NCBI RefSeq assembly: GCF_006345805.1
Contig: NC_043003.1
Coordinates: 94,736,001 to 94,800,000, forward strand
DNA from: Octopus sinensis
Lineage: Eukaryota
Direction of reading: 5' to 3'
DNA length: 64,000 bases
The notes beneath the pieces were generated by a model. That model did no database searches and was not told the origin of the DNA. It saw nothing but the letters and a program-made list of their open reading frames with translations. Positions 11,081 to 24,445 of this stretch are shown piece by piece (positions within the stretch are counted from its first letter, which is position 1; the number at the start of each line of letters is the position of its first letter). Position numbers and translations under genes: made by a program.

Positions 11081-11122
<42 letters not shown>

Positions 11123-11229
11123 ATGCATGTATGTATGTATACATATATGTATGTGTGCTTGTGTGTATATATATATATACATATATATATATACATACAT
11201 ATATGTGGATGTGTGAGTGCATGCATGTG

Positions 11230-11270
<41 letters not shown>

Positions 11271-11521
11271 GCACGCTTGTACTTATAATTTTGGATTTAT
11301 GTAGTAACTTAATAATATTTCAAATTTACCCTGTAAATATACGGAATTGTATATTAGAATTTCCTATTAAGATTTTTATATGATGGATATATTATAATTA
11401 ACATCTTCAGTATAGTAAAACATTTTATTTAAAATTTAAGTTTTACCTACTTTTAATGCATTGTTTGATGCCTCATGTTTTTTGCACTTTACAGAATCAT
11501 TTTAAAATAATAATAATAATA

Positions 11522-11573
<52 letters not shown>

Positions 11574-11574
11574 G

Positions 11575-11775
11575 GGAGGCAAGCTAGCAGAATTATTAGC
11601 ACACCAGGCGAAATGCTTAGCGGTATCTTGTCTGCCGCTACATTCTGAGCCTGATTTTTCCTTTCATCCTTTCAGAGTCAATAAATTAAGTACCAGTGAA
11701 ACACTGGGGTTAGTGTAATTGACTTATCCCCTCCCTGAAATGGCTGCCCTTGTGGAAAAATTTGAAACCAATTTT

Positions 11776-11806
<31 letters not shown>

Positions 11807-12545
11807 TTATTATTATTATATTATTATTATTATTGAATGAGAGTGCAGTGCATGCCATCAATTTGACACTGGGGTAAAATATACAAAGCCCAGTATACCC
11901 ATCATGACTACCTGTCTGATAAGTGTACACCAGGCACATGCATCACAACCATATGTGCACGACATGGTGATCTCATATCAAGATAAACAGCGCTTGACCT
12001 TGCAGGTGGGGCTCAGTTAGAATTTTCTTCTGGTTGAGTAACCCATACCGCTCAAAAGGTCCCTGTATAAGGGTTGTTTAAGGATGTTGAACGAAACACC
12101 CATGTTTCCAGAGGTGAATTATTCAAACCTCAAAGAATCCCTCTCAACACATGGCTATGATGCTCCCCCACTACTTCTGCTTGTGATCAGAGATGCACAT
12201 ATCGTCAGCCAACTGGTTAAGGTCAAACAACTGACAAGCAAATCTGTGGTATTGAGAAGAATTATTATTATTATTATTATTGTTATTAATATTATTATTA
12301 TTATTACTATTATTATTATTGTTGTTGTTGTTGTTGTTATTATTAGGGAGGCAACCTGGTAGAATCGTTAGCATGCCGGACGAAATGCTTAGCGGTATTT
12401 CACCTGTTGCTACATTCCGAGTTCAAATTCCACTGAGGTCGACTTTGCTTTTCCTCCTTTTGGAGTCGATAAATTAAAGTACCAGTGAAACACTGGGGTC
12501 AATGTAATTGACTAGTCCCCTCCCCAAAAATTTCAAACCTTGTGT
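11575..12545 (+). mobile_element. SINE B (11575-11770), repeat X copy 2 (11833-12260), SINE B (12345-12545)
   Basis: Same motifs as the copies above, joined by (TTC)/(ATT)n tracts. Confidence 0.8.
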
Positions 12546-13099
12546 CTCTAGCAGAAAGGATTATTTTTATTATTACTACCATTATTATTATTGCCGCTGT
12601 TGTTGTTGTTGTTATTATTACTTTCACTGTTATGTGTATAGATCTGATTTATGTACACTCGAGGTATCGCATGTAACCTTAGAAACATAGTTGTTTTATT
12701 GCCAGCAAACTCTCAATATCGATTAATCACTTCAGCCATTGTCACACACAAAAATATATTCACAACTGGCACCATTATTATCATATTTTCTCTAATCTGA
12801 AAGTGTATTGTGCTGCAATATTTTCATACAGATTTCTTCTTATTGAAGAAAGCTAACAGCATTTGAAATAGGTGAACTTTATGTTCTTACTCTCTTATTT
12901 AAGTCATTGGACTGCAGCACACTGGGGTACCACCTTGAGGTTTTTAGTCAATCAAATTGAGCCTAGTGTTTTTTTCTTTTATTTTTTTAAAGTCTGATAT
13001 TGTTTCTATTCCTATAACTGCTAAGTTATGGGGATGGAAACAAACCTATACTGGCTGTCAAGTGGTTAGGAGATAAACACAGATACACATGTACATACA

Positions 13100-13146
<47 letters not shown>

Positions 13147-13147
<1 letters not shown>

Positions 13148-13502
13148 CACAGGTGTGGCTGTGTGGTCAGAAGCTTGCTTCTCAACCATATGGTTCTGGT
13201 TTCAGTCCCACTGCATGGCACTTTGGGCAAGTGTCTTCTACTATAGCCCCAGGCCAACCAAAGCCTTGTGAGTGGATTTGGTAGATGAAAACTGGAAGCC
13301 CATCATATATATATATGTATATATGCCACTTGTATTTGAACACTATACAAATATTCTTTTAAAAAATCTTTTCTTTTAATTTTTCTAAATTTAAATATTT
13401 AATTGTTACAGTTGAAAAAGTCTCAATGACTAAAACCGGTACTGAAATGTTTTTTATAAAATTATTTTAGCATTTTCTATCTTGACTATTTTTCCATATA
13501 TG

Positions 13503-13571
<69 letters not shown>

Positions 13572-13576
13572 ATATG

Positions 13577-13608
<32 letters not shown>

Positions 13609-13835
13609 TGTATGTATGTATAAATATATGTATACATGTATGTGTCCTTGTATCTGGGTTTGTCCCCTCTTGACAACCAGTGTTGCTGTGTTAATGTCCG
13701 TGAAACTTAGCAGCTCATCAAAAGAGGCTTAAAAAAGGAAAAATATGAAGTCCCGGAGTCAACTTATCTGACTAAAACCCTTCAAGATGGTGCTCCAGCA
13801 TGGCTACACTCAAATGACTGAAATGAAAGAATAAA
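13147..13835 (+). mobile_element. SINE A with the 170 bp element (13325-13497) nested in its central microsatellite
   Basis: Left arm 13147-13305 and right arm 13625-13835. The nested copy has the hammerhead fold with G12 changed to A (GACTAAAAC). Confidence 0.8.
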
Positions 13836-14258
13836 AGAATATATATATATGTGTATACACACGCGCGTGCACACACACACACACACCATCATCATCACCC
13901 TCATTCAATGTCCGTTTTCTATGCTAGCATGGGTTGGACAGTTTGACAGGAGCTTTCAAGGCCAGGAGTCAGTGTTTGTGGTTTGTTTTGTTTAGGTTGT
14001 ATTGTTGAATTGATAATGTCATGCATGGGATGTAGGCTGTTCCTAGCAGGTCTTTTTTGGATAGTATGTAGTGTTGTTGTTATTATCATTCGTATTTCAC
14101 CCATCGCTATGTTCTGAGTTCAAATTCCACCAAGGTTGACTTTGACCTTCATCCTTTTGGGGTCGATAAATTAAGTGCCAATCGAACACTGGGGTCGATA
14201 TGATCATCACATTCCTTCCCCCAAAATGGCTGCCCTTGTAGCAAAATTTAAAACCATT

Positions 14259-14329
<71 letters not shown>

Positions 14330-14340
14330 TATTATTATTA

Positions 14341-14380
<40 letters not shown>

Positions 14381-14591
14381 GTTATGTACAAGAAATACAC
14401 TTCCCAGTAAATCAGAGTTTATGATTATGCTATATGTTAGGTGAGCACATCAGATTTTCAAGTATAAATTTTATTTCAATACTGCCTTGCTTTTGAAACA
14501 CCTTGTTTTATTTCTATCAGCTATTTTCTGTTTCCTGTTTTTATTTTTTGCCATTTAGTTTTGTGTGTGATATCTACATACATACATACAT

Positions 14592-14630
<39 letters not shown>

Positions 14631-15916
14631 ATATATATATATGCATGTGGTATATCTCTCTGATTGTGTGTATGTTAAATGATTGCATGTATGCATGTGT
14701 GTAAGTATCTGTAGTTAATAGACGCTCAGCAATAATGCAGGTGCATCATTGAATTACAAATGTTCCATAAGAGAACATATTAGTTTAGTTATGATGCATA
14801 ACAAACTGTCATACTTTGTTTCACTATACATGTATAATAATAAATGTGTTCACTCATGTCTAAACATTTGCTCTGACACATGTAACCTTGTATGTCTAAT
14901 GAGCAATATATGAATTTAGATGTAATAGTTTCTTCATTGAGGTGGTAAACTGGCAGAATCATTAGTATGCCAGGAAAAATGCCTAGCGACATTTCATCCG
15001 TCTTTACATTCCGAGTTCAAATTAGTTTGAAACCAATATTAGTTTCTTCATCATATCAACTAAGAAGTACCATTGCTAGAAATGAGTCACATGGAAACCC
15101 AAAGTATCAGTTTTTGGCCATGTAGCAGTACTAATGGATTTTGATTTTAAAATAATCCCTGGTTTAGGTGCAAAGCCAGCAGTTTTGAGGTGATGGGGTT
15201 AGTTGTTACTGTCAACCCAGTACCAGATTGATATTGTATTTTATCTACCCCTGAGGATTGAAAAGCTAAAGGCATTTAACCCATTATTGACATAGTCACA
15301 AGGCCAGCAATTTTTAGGGAAGAGAGTTAGTAGCATTAGCCCTAGTACTCAACAAGTACTTTAGTTTGTCTGTCACAAAAGGATGAAAGGTAAAGTCGAC
15401 TTTTGCTGGTGAAAAGCAGCTACAAAAACTAGAAAAGCATTTATTCAAACACTCTAATGATTGCGCCAGCTGGCCACCATACATAGCAGTACTAATTATA
15501 AACATTTATCCTATTTATATCCTCATTTATTTTGCTTTGCTAAGTGAAAACTTTATAAACCTGACAATTGACAAATGAGTTAAATTAAAGAAAAGAAATG
15601 AGTAAAAGATTGAAGGAACAAAGTATTTTTCCATCCTTGCTCCTCTGAGCATTTGTATTTCTTGATTTTTATCTGGCATTAACCATTTTGTCCAATGCAT
15701 TAATGATGCAGTGTTTTGTACTTTGCAGTCTTCCCAGCAATTTCTTTGTTAACGCTTTCCACCAGTTTAATTATCTGTATATGGAATGCAAAGCATCTCT
15801 CTATAAATTTTTATTTCTAAAGCTATATGATTTTCTTCACTTTCACTATTCTAAAGTCCTAAAGGAATGCTAGCGTGTCACAGAAATTATCCTAAAAATG
15901 CTTGGTAACCTGTTCC

Positions 15917-16246
15917 CCTATCCATCCATCTATCCTCTCAGTCGAAGTCGACTCTCGGTTAGTCGTTGGATCAGTGTCCTCCAGTCAGTTCTATCCCAGG
16001 TCGCTTCCTTCAGATTGGCTATATCCATTCCAGTATCACTCTTGATGGTGTCAAGCCAGCGGATTCCTGGTCGGCCTCTTCCTCTCTTACCACTGACCAT
16101 TCCGAGCATGATGTCCTTCCCCAGGGATTTTCTCTGCATAATATGACTGAAATATGTCAATCTATGCTTGGTGATCCTAGCTTCTAGCGACATTTTCGGC
16201 CTGATCTGCTTAAGAACTTCTCCATTGGTGAGCCTCGCTGTCCATG
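15917..16246 (-). mobile_element. 5'-truncated RTE (BovB-type) LINE 3' end
   Basis: WTARLTNGEVL..RLTYFSHIMQRKSLGKDIMLGMVSGKRGRGRPGIRWLDTIK..DRTDWRTLIQRLTESRLRL, followed by a (GATA/GATG) tail. Confidence 0.9.
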
Positions 16247-16759
16247 AAAAACTGAAGCAATGTAGAACAAAATGACCCACTAAGAAACACAATCAAACTA
16301 CAAACACGAACTGCAATAACGTATGGTCTTGTTATCATATATCTTAACTACTCTATGTTTCCTAACCTTTATATACTAGTTAAGCATAACATTTTTTAAT
16401 TAAAGTCAAATTAAAATTCTGATGCTCAGTCTTTCTTTTGGTTCTTCATAGCTATGAAATCATTTCCTTTTCTGTTTTTTAAGATTCTGAATCAGTATGA
16501 TGAAAGCACCATCAGAATCAGGTCAGATCAGATATGGGGGCATTGCCACTGCTGTACATCACAGAATCCACCATCTATTGATATTTACTTCGGTCACCCT
16601 AGGCAACCCTCCAAGCAATGTCCCAGTTAGTTTCCATCCGTATGAAATACTTCCTCATCTGCCATGACCATGAGACATGTGGCTGACCAACAATAAGCTG
16701 TCACCTCAGCCAGATTCTCAGATTATCATAATCACCTCACTGATAATTATAATTCTTTC

Positions 16760-16950
16760 TTCTTCACAAGGCCTAAAATTTGGTGTGAAGGGTAGTCAAT
16801 TACATGGATCCCAGTACTCAACTGGTACTTATTTTATTGACCTCGAAAGGATGAAAAACAAAATCAACATTAGTGGCACTTGAACTCTGAATACAAAATC
16901 AGAAGGAATGTCATGCTAATGATTCTGCCTGCTAGCTACCTTACTACTAT

Positions 16951-17025
<75 letters not shown>

Positions 17026-17598
17026 TAATAATAATGATAAATGCCCTGATGTAGTATCAGGCAATGGCTCTCATGGCTTCTGATCTTAACTGATTGGAAG
17101 TGTTATCATGTACATTGTTTTGTCTTGGTATAAAAGATGGGCTACATCAAATATTCTGCTCAATACCACAGATTTGCTTGTTAGTTGCTTGACCATAACC
17201 AGTTGAGCATGTCGCTTGATGGCTGATGATATGTGCATCTCTGATCATGAGCAGAAGTAGTGGGGGAGCATCATAGCCATGTGTTGAAAGAAATTCTTTG
17301 GGGTTTGAATAATTCACCTCTGGAAATATGGGCGTTTTGTTCAACATCCTTAAAAAACCCTTACTCAGGAACCTTTTGAGTAAGATGAGTTACTCGACCA
17401 GAAGAAAATTCTAACTAGGCTCCACCTGCAAGGTCATGCGCTGTTTATCTTGATATGAGATCACCATGTCGTGCACATATAATTGTGATGCATGTGACTG
17501 GTGCACCCTTATCAAATGGTTAGTCATGATGGGTATATTGGGCATCATATATTTGTACCCCAGTGTCACTTTGATGGCATGCACTGCTCTCTCACTCA
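16760..17598 (-). mobile_element. Repeat X copy 3 (17041-17598, longest), then (ATT)n, then SINE B (16760-16932)
   Basis: Reverse complement of the X and SINE B motifs, in the same order as the + strand copies. Confidence 0.8.
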
Positions 17599-17789
17599 AT
17601 AATAATAAGAAGAATATAAATAGCACTACTAATATAAATATAGCACTACTAGGCACTGCACACATCCTATGTAAAACTCTTTCAATACAATAAAAATAAG
17701 AGCACCACAAAAAACCACAGCACATACCTCAGGCACACAGAGCTGTACTCAGAAGTGCAGTGAAAGTACATGATAAAACTAAGACTACT

Positions 17790-17862
17790 GAATGATGATG
17801 ATGATATGATGATGATGATGATATGATGATGATGATGATGATGGTGATGATGGTGGTGGTGG

Positions 17863-17960
<98 letters not shown>

Positions 17961-17999
17961 GTGGTGGTGATGATGATGATGATGATGCGATGATGATGC

Positions 18000-18032
<33 letters not shown>

Positions 18033-18093
18033 ATGATGATGATGATGAAGATGATGGTGATGGTGATGGTGATGATGGTGATGATGGTGGTGG

Positions 18094-18125
<32 letters not shown>

Positions 18126-18175
18126 CGATGATGATGATGATGATGATGATAATGATGATGATGAAGATGATGATC
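17790..18175. repeat. Long compound (GAT)n/(GGT)n microsatellite
   Basis: Directly visible; explains the poly-Ser/His ORF. Confidence 0.95.
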
Positions 18176-19429
18176 AATAACTACTCAGACATTATCATTA
18201 CTATCGCCCTCATCAGTAAATTCAGAGCACTTTAAGAGAATTTGAACTCAACACATGAACTTTTAATGCTCAACACCTTCATCCATTTTCCTTAAGTAAT
18301 GATTAACAGAAGAGAAAAAAAAGCATCAAATTTTCACTTTAATATCATGACTTGCTTATCAAAAATCAATTCTATAAAAAAATGTTTCTAAGAATTGGAA
18401 TATTTGATTCTTTGACCCAGTCTAGACACTTTATCATATCATAAACTTAGTAATTAAGTATCTCTTACAACTGACTATGTTGTCATTTTACTAAGGTTAA
18501 ATTGCTTTGCTTTCTAATTTTCAGCTTGTCTGATCTAATCATATAATTAAAGACAATTTGTAATTAATTCTCACTGCATTAATTATTGTAATATGTTCCA
18601 GATGTAAATTTTATCACTCAACTAATTTAACTGTGAATGAACTAAAAAAAGGATTTTTTAGTATATACTGAAGACTACATGACTATGTGTGCACATGTAT
18701 GCCTATGTATATAGATATATCTACATATATGAGTGTGTGTGTGTATGTATGCATGCGTTTATGTATGTATGTATGTATGTATGTATATATGTAAGTTTGT
18801 ATGTATGTGTGCATGTATGTATATACATGCAGAGACAATTGGTAAAATCAGCTGTAATAGATATATAATACTGTACATTTTGATTAGTATATGTATGTGT
18901 GTGTATGGGTGTATGTGTGTTTGTGCATGTCTTTGTGTCTGTGTTTGTCCCCCCACCATCACTTGACAACCGATGTTGGTGTGTTTACATCCTTGTAACT
19001 TAGCAGTTCAGCAAATGGGACTGATAGAATAAATACCAGGCTTTACAAATAAATAATAAGTACCAGAGTTGATTTATTCCACTAAAATTTTTCAAGGCAC
19101 TACTCCAGCATGGTGGCAGTTTAATGAGTGAAACAAGTAAAAGATAAAGAATATAAAAAGTGAAAGAAAGGGAATTATATCAGACAAATATTTCAGATTA
19201 AGAAGTCTGGAATAGTTTTGTTTTTTATCACTGTTTTATTTTCCAGTACACCTCACTCATTTATTCAATTTACATATCACTTAAAAAAGTTTAAAAGATA
19301 CATTGATTTCAATATTTTATTTATGTATTAATTACTACATGTTTCCTAATTTCATTAATATCTTATTAAAATGATAAAGAATTCTCATGTATTCTACATA
19401 TATATCATAATTTCATTTTAATTTATATA

Positions 19430-19456
19430 TTTCTTTTTCTTTCTTTGCAGGTGAGT
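19430..19456 (+). promoter_or_regulatory. Juxtaposed 3' and 5' splice sites (candidate recursive splice site / zero-length exon)
   Basis: TTTCTTTTTCTTTCTTTGCAG|GTGAGT, with AG at 19449-50 and GT at 19451-52. No AG dinucleotide between about 19380 and 19448. Confidence 0.55.
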
Positions 19457-19699
19457 ATTTATACCTATATATATATCTAAATATATATATCATTAAAGAA
19501 CTTGGTAAGATAAGGATTTTTTAATTCGTTCTTTTTTTAATATTTTCACATTAATATGTATGCATACTTTTATTTACAGTCTATATTCATTTAGCTAATA
19601 TCGCTACTTCACTAAGGAGGTGAACTGGTAGAGTCATTAACACACCGGGAAAAATGCTTAGTGGCATTTCATCCATCTTTACATCCTGAGTTCAAATTT

Positions 19700-19955
19700 C
19701 ACTGCTGCTTAAAAAGCACCTGCACTGATGCTGTGCTCATGCCGGTGCTGTGTAAACACATCCATGCTGGTGGCACATAAAAAGCACCTAGCACACTCTT
19801 TTAGGTAGTTGGCATTGGGAAGAGCATCCAACCATAGAAACCATGCCACAACAGACAACTGGAGTCTGGACAGCTCTCTGCTAGCCAGCTCCATGTTAGA
19901 CTGTCCAACTCATGCCAGCATGAAAAACAGACATTTAACAATGATGGTGATGGTG
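19700..19955 (+). mobile_element. SINE family C fragment ((GAT)n tail)
   Basis: AAAAGCACC units, GTTGGCATTGGGAAGAGCATCCA, CATGCCAGCATGAAAAACAGACATT, (GAT)n. Confidence 0.7.
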
Positions 19956-20672
19956 ATTATGATGTTGACTTTGCCTTTCAACCTTTCAGGGTTGATAAAA
20001 TAAGTACCAGTTCAGCACTGTGGTCGATGTCATCAGCTTATCTCCTCCCCAAAAGTTTCTGGCCTTGTGCCAAAATTTGAAACCAATATGTTTATTTATC
20101 CTACACAGTAATGTGAATATATAGACCCAACAGCTTGACCTCTCAGTCATTAGAAATAACTATGAATGGATGGTCAGCTCTGTTCTTTTGAGGATGAGGG
20201 GAGAAATAATTGTGAAAGTGTGTGGCCAAGTGGTTAGGGTTTTGGACTCATGATTGGAAAATTGCAGTTTCAATTCTTGGACCAGGTGATGCACCATGTT
20301 CTTCAGCAAAACACTTAATTTCCCATTACTCCAGTTCACTCAGCTGGTAAAAATGAGTAATCTTGTGACTGACCAGCATCCTGTTCTAGAGGTAAATATA
20401 TCTATGCTATGGAGACCAGGAAACTGGGAAACTGGCCTTTATGAGTCCATAGGGCTCAAGAAGAAATAATTGAAGAAGTAATTGATTATGTCAGCTCTCA
20501 GTAACTTTACTGATACTATTTTATGAACTCAGCAAAGATGGAAAATAAATTGAACATGATCAAGACTTGAACTCAGTGTGTATATAGCAGTAACTAGATA
20601 CCACAAAGCATTTCGCCTAACTCCCTGTCAATTTAACCAAACATGTGCTTTAAAATAACACTAAAATCTTAA

Positions 20673-20707
<35 letters not shown>

Positions 20708-20877
20708 TGTATGTTTATATATATGTATATATAAACATCATCATCATCATCATTGTTTAACATCTTACCAATCAGTTTCACACTAGGGTTTCAATAGGGT
20801 GTTAGGTAACAGTCTGGTTATGTTTCACTGTGCTCTTCAGAGGTAACCATTACAGAATGAAATATGGCGACATTTAA

Positions 20878-21205
20878 GTGAAGGCATTTGACTTAGTATT
20901 TAGGGTATTCAACTCATGATCATAAGGTCATGAGTTTTATTCCTGGGGGCATAATCTGTCCTTGAGCAAGACACTTTATTTCACATTGCTCCAGTACACT
21001 CAGCTGGCAAAAATGAGTTATATTTGTAATTCATAGGTCCAGCATTGTCACCTTCTGTGTCATGCTGAATTTCCCCAAGAACTACATTAAGGGTAAGCAT
21101 GATCGTGGAATGCCCAGCCACTTGCATGTCAATTTTATGAGCAGGCTGACCCATTGATCAGACCAACTGAAACCCACATCATTGTCACTAACAGAGTGCC
21201 AGTTT
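20878..21205 (+). mobile_element. tRNA-derived SINE (family E)
   Basis: Head ACTTAGTATTTAGGG..GAGTTTTATTCC, core GTCCTTGAGCAAGACACTT..CAGCTGGCAAAAATGAGT. Related heads at about 20208 and 41835. Confidence 0.7.
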
Positions 21206-21674
21206 GGATGCTTAAACTACATAATGAAACAGAAGGTTTTAAAATATGCCTTTTGGTATGATTTAGTTGACGATCAGAAACGTTAGCACGCCGGGTGAAA
21301 TGCGCAGCCGTATTTCGTCTGCCGTTACATTCATCATCATCATCATCATCATCGTTTAACATCTGTTTTCCATGCTAGCATGGGTTGGTGTTAAAATTCC
21401 GCCGAGGTCGACTTTGCCTTTCATCCTTTCGAGGTCGATAAATAAAGTACCAGTTACGCACTGGGGTCGATGTAATCGACTTAATCCATTTGTCTGTCCT
21501 TGTTTGTCCCCTCTGTGTTTAGCCCCTTATGGGTAGTAAAGAAATAGATAACTGAAAAGAGCCCATCATAAATATAACACATACATTTTTTTTTTTTTGT
21601 TAAAAGCAAGGATAAAATTGTGCAATTTGTACACAAGTAAATAATGTATATGTATGAATGTATGTATGGATGTA

Positions 21675-21852
21675 CAGGGGATCAATTCCATGGGGCAAAG
21701 AATGGCTATAAGAGGGATCAAGTTGAGCAGATATGGAGGCAACTATGCAGATAAACAAATTAGATATATTTAATGTCTGCATAAATGTTTCCATATCTGC
21801 TCAACTTCATCCCTCTTATAGCCATTCTTTATCCCATGGAATTGATCCCTTG
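21675..21852. mobile_element. Tc1/mariner-type MITE, 178 bp, almost entirely inverted repeat
   Basis: TA|CAGGGGATCAATTCCATGG..CCATGGAATTGATCCCTTG|TA; arms about 80 bp with roughly 9-10 mismatches. Confidence 0.8.
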
Positions 21853-21909
21853 TAAAGACATCAGTGACTAAGTTTGAATCATTTGAGCACTATTATATAT
21901 GTATGTATG

Positions 21910-21941
<32 letters not shown>

Positions 21942-22024
21942 TGTATGTATGTATGTATGTATGTGTGTATATATTTATATGTATGCAGTATATGTGTGTA
22001 CCTGTGTGCACCTGTATATGCCTC

Positions 22025-22076
<52 letters not shown>

Positions 22077-22297
22077 ATGTGTGTGTTTCTTTGCCTTGGG
22101 ATCATGTGATAATTTTAAGTAAGTGGTACTGTCAAACAAGCAGTGTCATTCATTTCCAATCTTCTATAAAAACCCTGTCCCATCATAGGGAAATATTACC
22201 TTAATCAGAAACAAATGAGGGTTGGCAGCAGGGAGGGCATCTGCCTCGATGAATTTCATCTGACCCATGCAAGCATAGAAAAGCAGACATTAAAACA

Positions 22298-22328
<31 letters not shown>

Positions 22329-23379
22329 CGACGATGATAACAGCAATGATGATGACAACGACGATGACATCAATGATGATGATTATGTTGATGATGATTA
22401 TGATGAAGTCGATGATGATAGTGAGGACAAGGAGGATGAGGAATTCAAAGGGACATAACCCAATAGCCTCCCATTTCTACTTAAACATCAATTTCTTTAT
22501 TTAAAACCATTCCCTGTCATACAGGATACCAATTATTCCATACCTCCTATTTCTCATTTCTTCAGATGGTTATTATAGAATGCTACATGTGAAAGAGGTT
22601 GTTTGTCCCTCATTTAGCCCTCCTTCTGTTTCTTGACAACAAGGGTCACCATGAATGATTGTGCCACATTGTAGTGTAACTGATTCTATGAGAGACAGAC
22701 AGACAGAAACAGTCAGGGACAGACAGACAGGCAGGCAGGCAGGCAGATAGGCAGAAACAGAGAGAGGAGAATCATCCCCATTAATTGACTGGTATTATGT
22801 ATATTAACTCCAGAGGGATGAATAGCAAAGTTGACCTTTGCAAGATTTGAACATACAACAGAAAAGGCCAAACCAATTAGTGCAAGACATTTGTTAGACA
22901 CTCTTATGCTTCTAAGAACTAACTGTTTTCACCCTAATTAAGAAAAATAAATAATAATTAAAATCAGTTTCAAAAATAATTTTGTAATTTAAAATGTTGG
23001 CAGTAGCTGTCAATTTCTGAAATTGTAAATTTCCATTAAATTCATTCTATTTTTCCCTTTTGTTTATTTCTGTTTGTTTTCATTTTGTTTTTGCTTTTGT
23101 AGTTTGTCTTGTTTTTCTTAGTCTTAGTACAAATTATGTTTGGGGTTTGTTTTTGTTTTTCCTTACACAGAAAGCTATAAAATAAATACTTGGCATCTAG
23201 GATTAATTATATCAGCTATATTATTTCTTCTATATTATTTACTTAAAAATAATTTATTTATATGTCAAAGTAAATCAAGATGTACATGGGAAAAAATGTG
23301 CTTGAAAAGAGAGCAATGCTTCTAAGTTCACTAAAGCAATGAAAAAAAAAAGAAGCATGGATATGCTATTATGAGAGGC

Positions 23380-24140
23380 TGATGGACATGGAAAATAAGT
23401 AAAAGCAAGAGGAACTATCTTCAGTATATGTGAAAGAGATCAGCAATTGAAGAGAGTAGTTATTTGGTCAAAACAGCAATATAAGATATGAAAACAAGAA
23501 AAGCAACTAAGCCATCAGGTATTGTTGCCGAAATGGTGAAAATATCTGACAAAGCAGTGTTTAAGCTAGTCAGTCACATAACCAAGCAGGTTCTACAGAA
23601 AAGTACCACACTCAATGGCCAGCATAACCAGATAATCTTTACCTGCAACAAGAGCAAAGGAGACGCTTTGAAAAGAAGCAACCACAAAGGTATCAAACTG
23701 ACAGACCAGGTTATAGAAGTAAGGAAAACAGTATTAGCATGATTAATTAAGAAAAGAACCAGCTTAGCTGAGAAGCAGTTCAGATTTTTCCCATGTCACA
23801 GTACTACTGATGTTTTTTTTTATAATGAGATGAACGGCAAGAGAAATTTTTACCTAAAAGTAAACCTCTTTACCTAGTATTTGCTCATATTGAGAAGAAG
23901 GCCTCTCACAAGATACTACAATCTGTAATCTGGTGTTTCTTGATAAAACTAGGTAGGTAAACAGCTTATGAGAGCAATGCAAGCCATATAGAACAATGCA
24001 ATCAGCAAAGTGATAATTGGCAAAGAGTTCTGTATGTAGTTTAGTGTGTAGGTAGGTGTTCACCAAGGGCTGATTCTCAAACCCCTCTTAGTATAAAGTG
24101 CATGAGGTCTAAATGGTATTTAGAGCTCTTTGTGCATCCC
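23380..24140 (+). mobile_element. Decayed RTE-X-type reverse transcriptase, N-terminal part
   Basis: GIVAEMVKIS, KGDALKRSNHKGIKLTDQV, KQFRF..STTD, VHQG motifs with many stops. Confidence 0.8.
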
Positions 24141-24203
24141 TATATATTGAAAGAAAAACTGCAAAGAGAACTTATGTAATATAGTTCAAGTTTCTTTTCA
24201 CTG

Positions 24204-24386
24204 GGAGTGACTGTGTGGTAAGTAGCTTGCTTACCAACCAAATGGTTCCAGGTTCAGTCCTACTGCGTGACACCTTGGGCAAGTGTCTTCTACTATAGCC
24301 TTGGGCCGACCAAAGCCTTGTGAGTGGATTTGGTAGGCGAAAACTGAAAGAAGCCCATTGTATATATGTATGTATGTATATATATG

Positions 24387-24445
<59 letters not shown>

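Noticed and set aside
17785-18177. 130 aa Ser/His/Pro-rich ORF
   Set aside because: It lies entirely within a (GAT)/(GGT) microsatellite.
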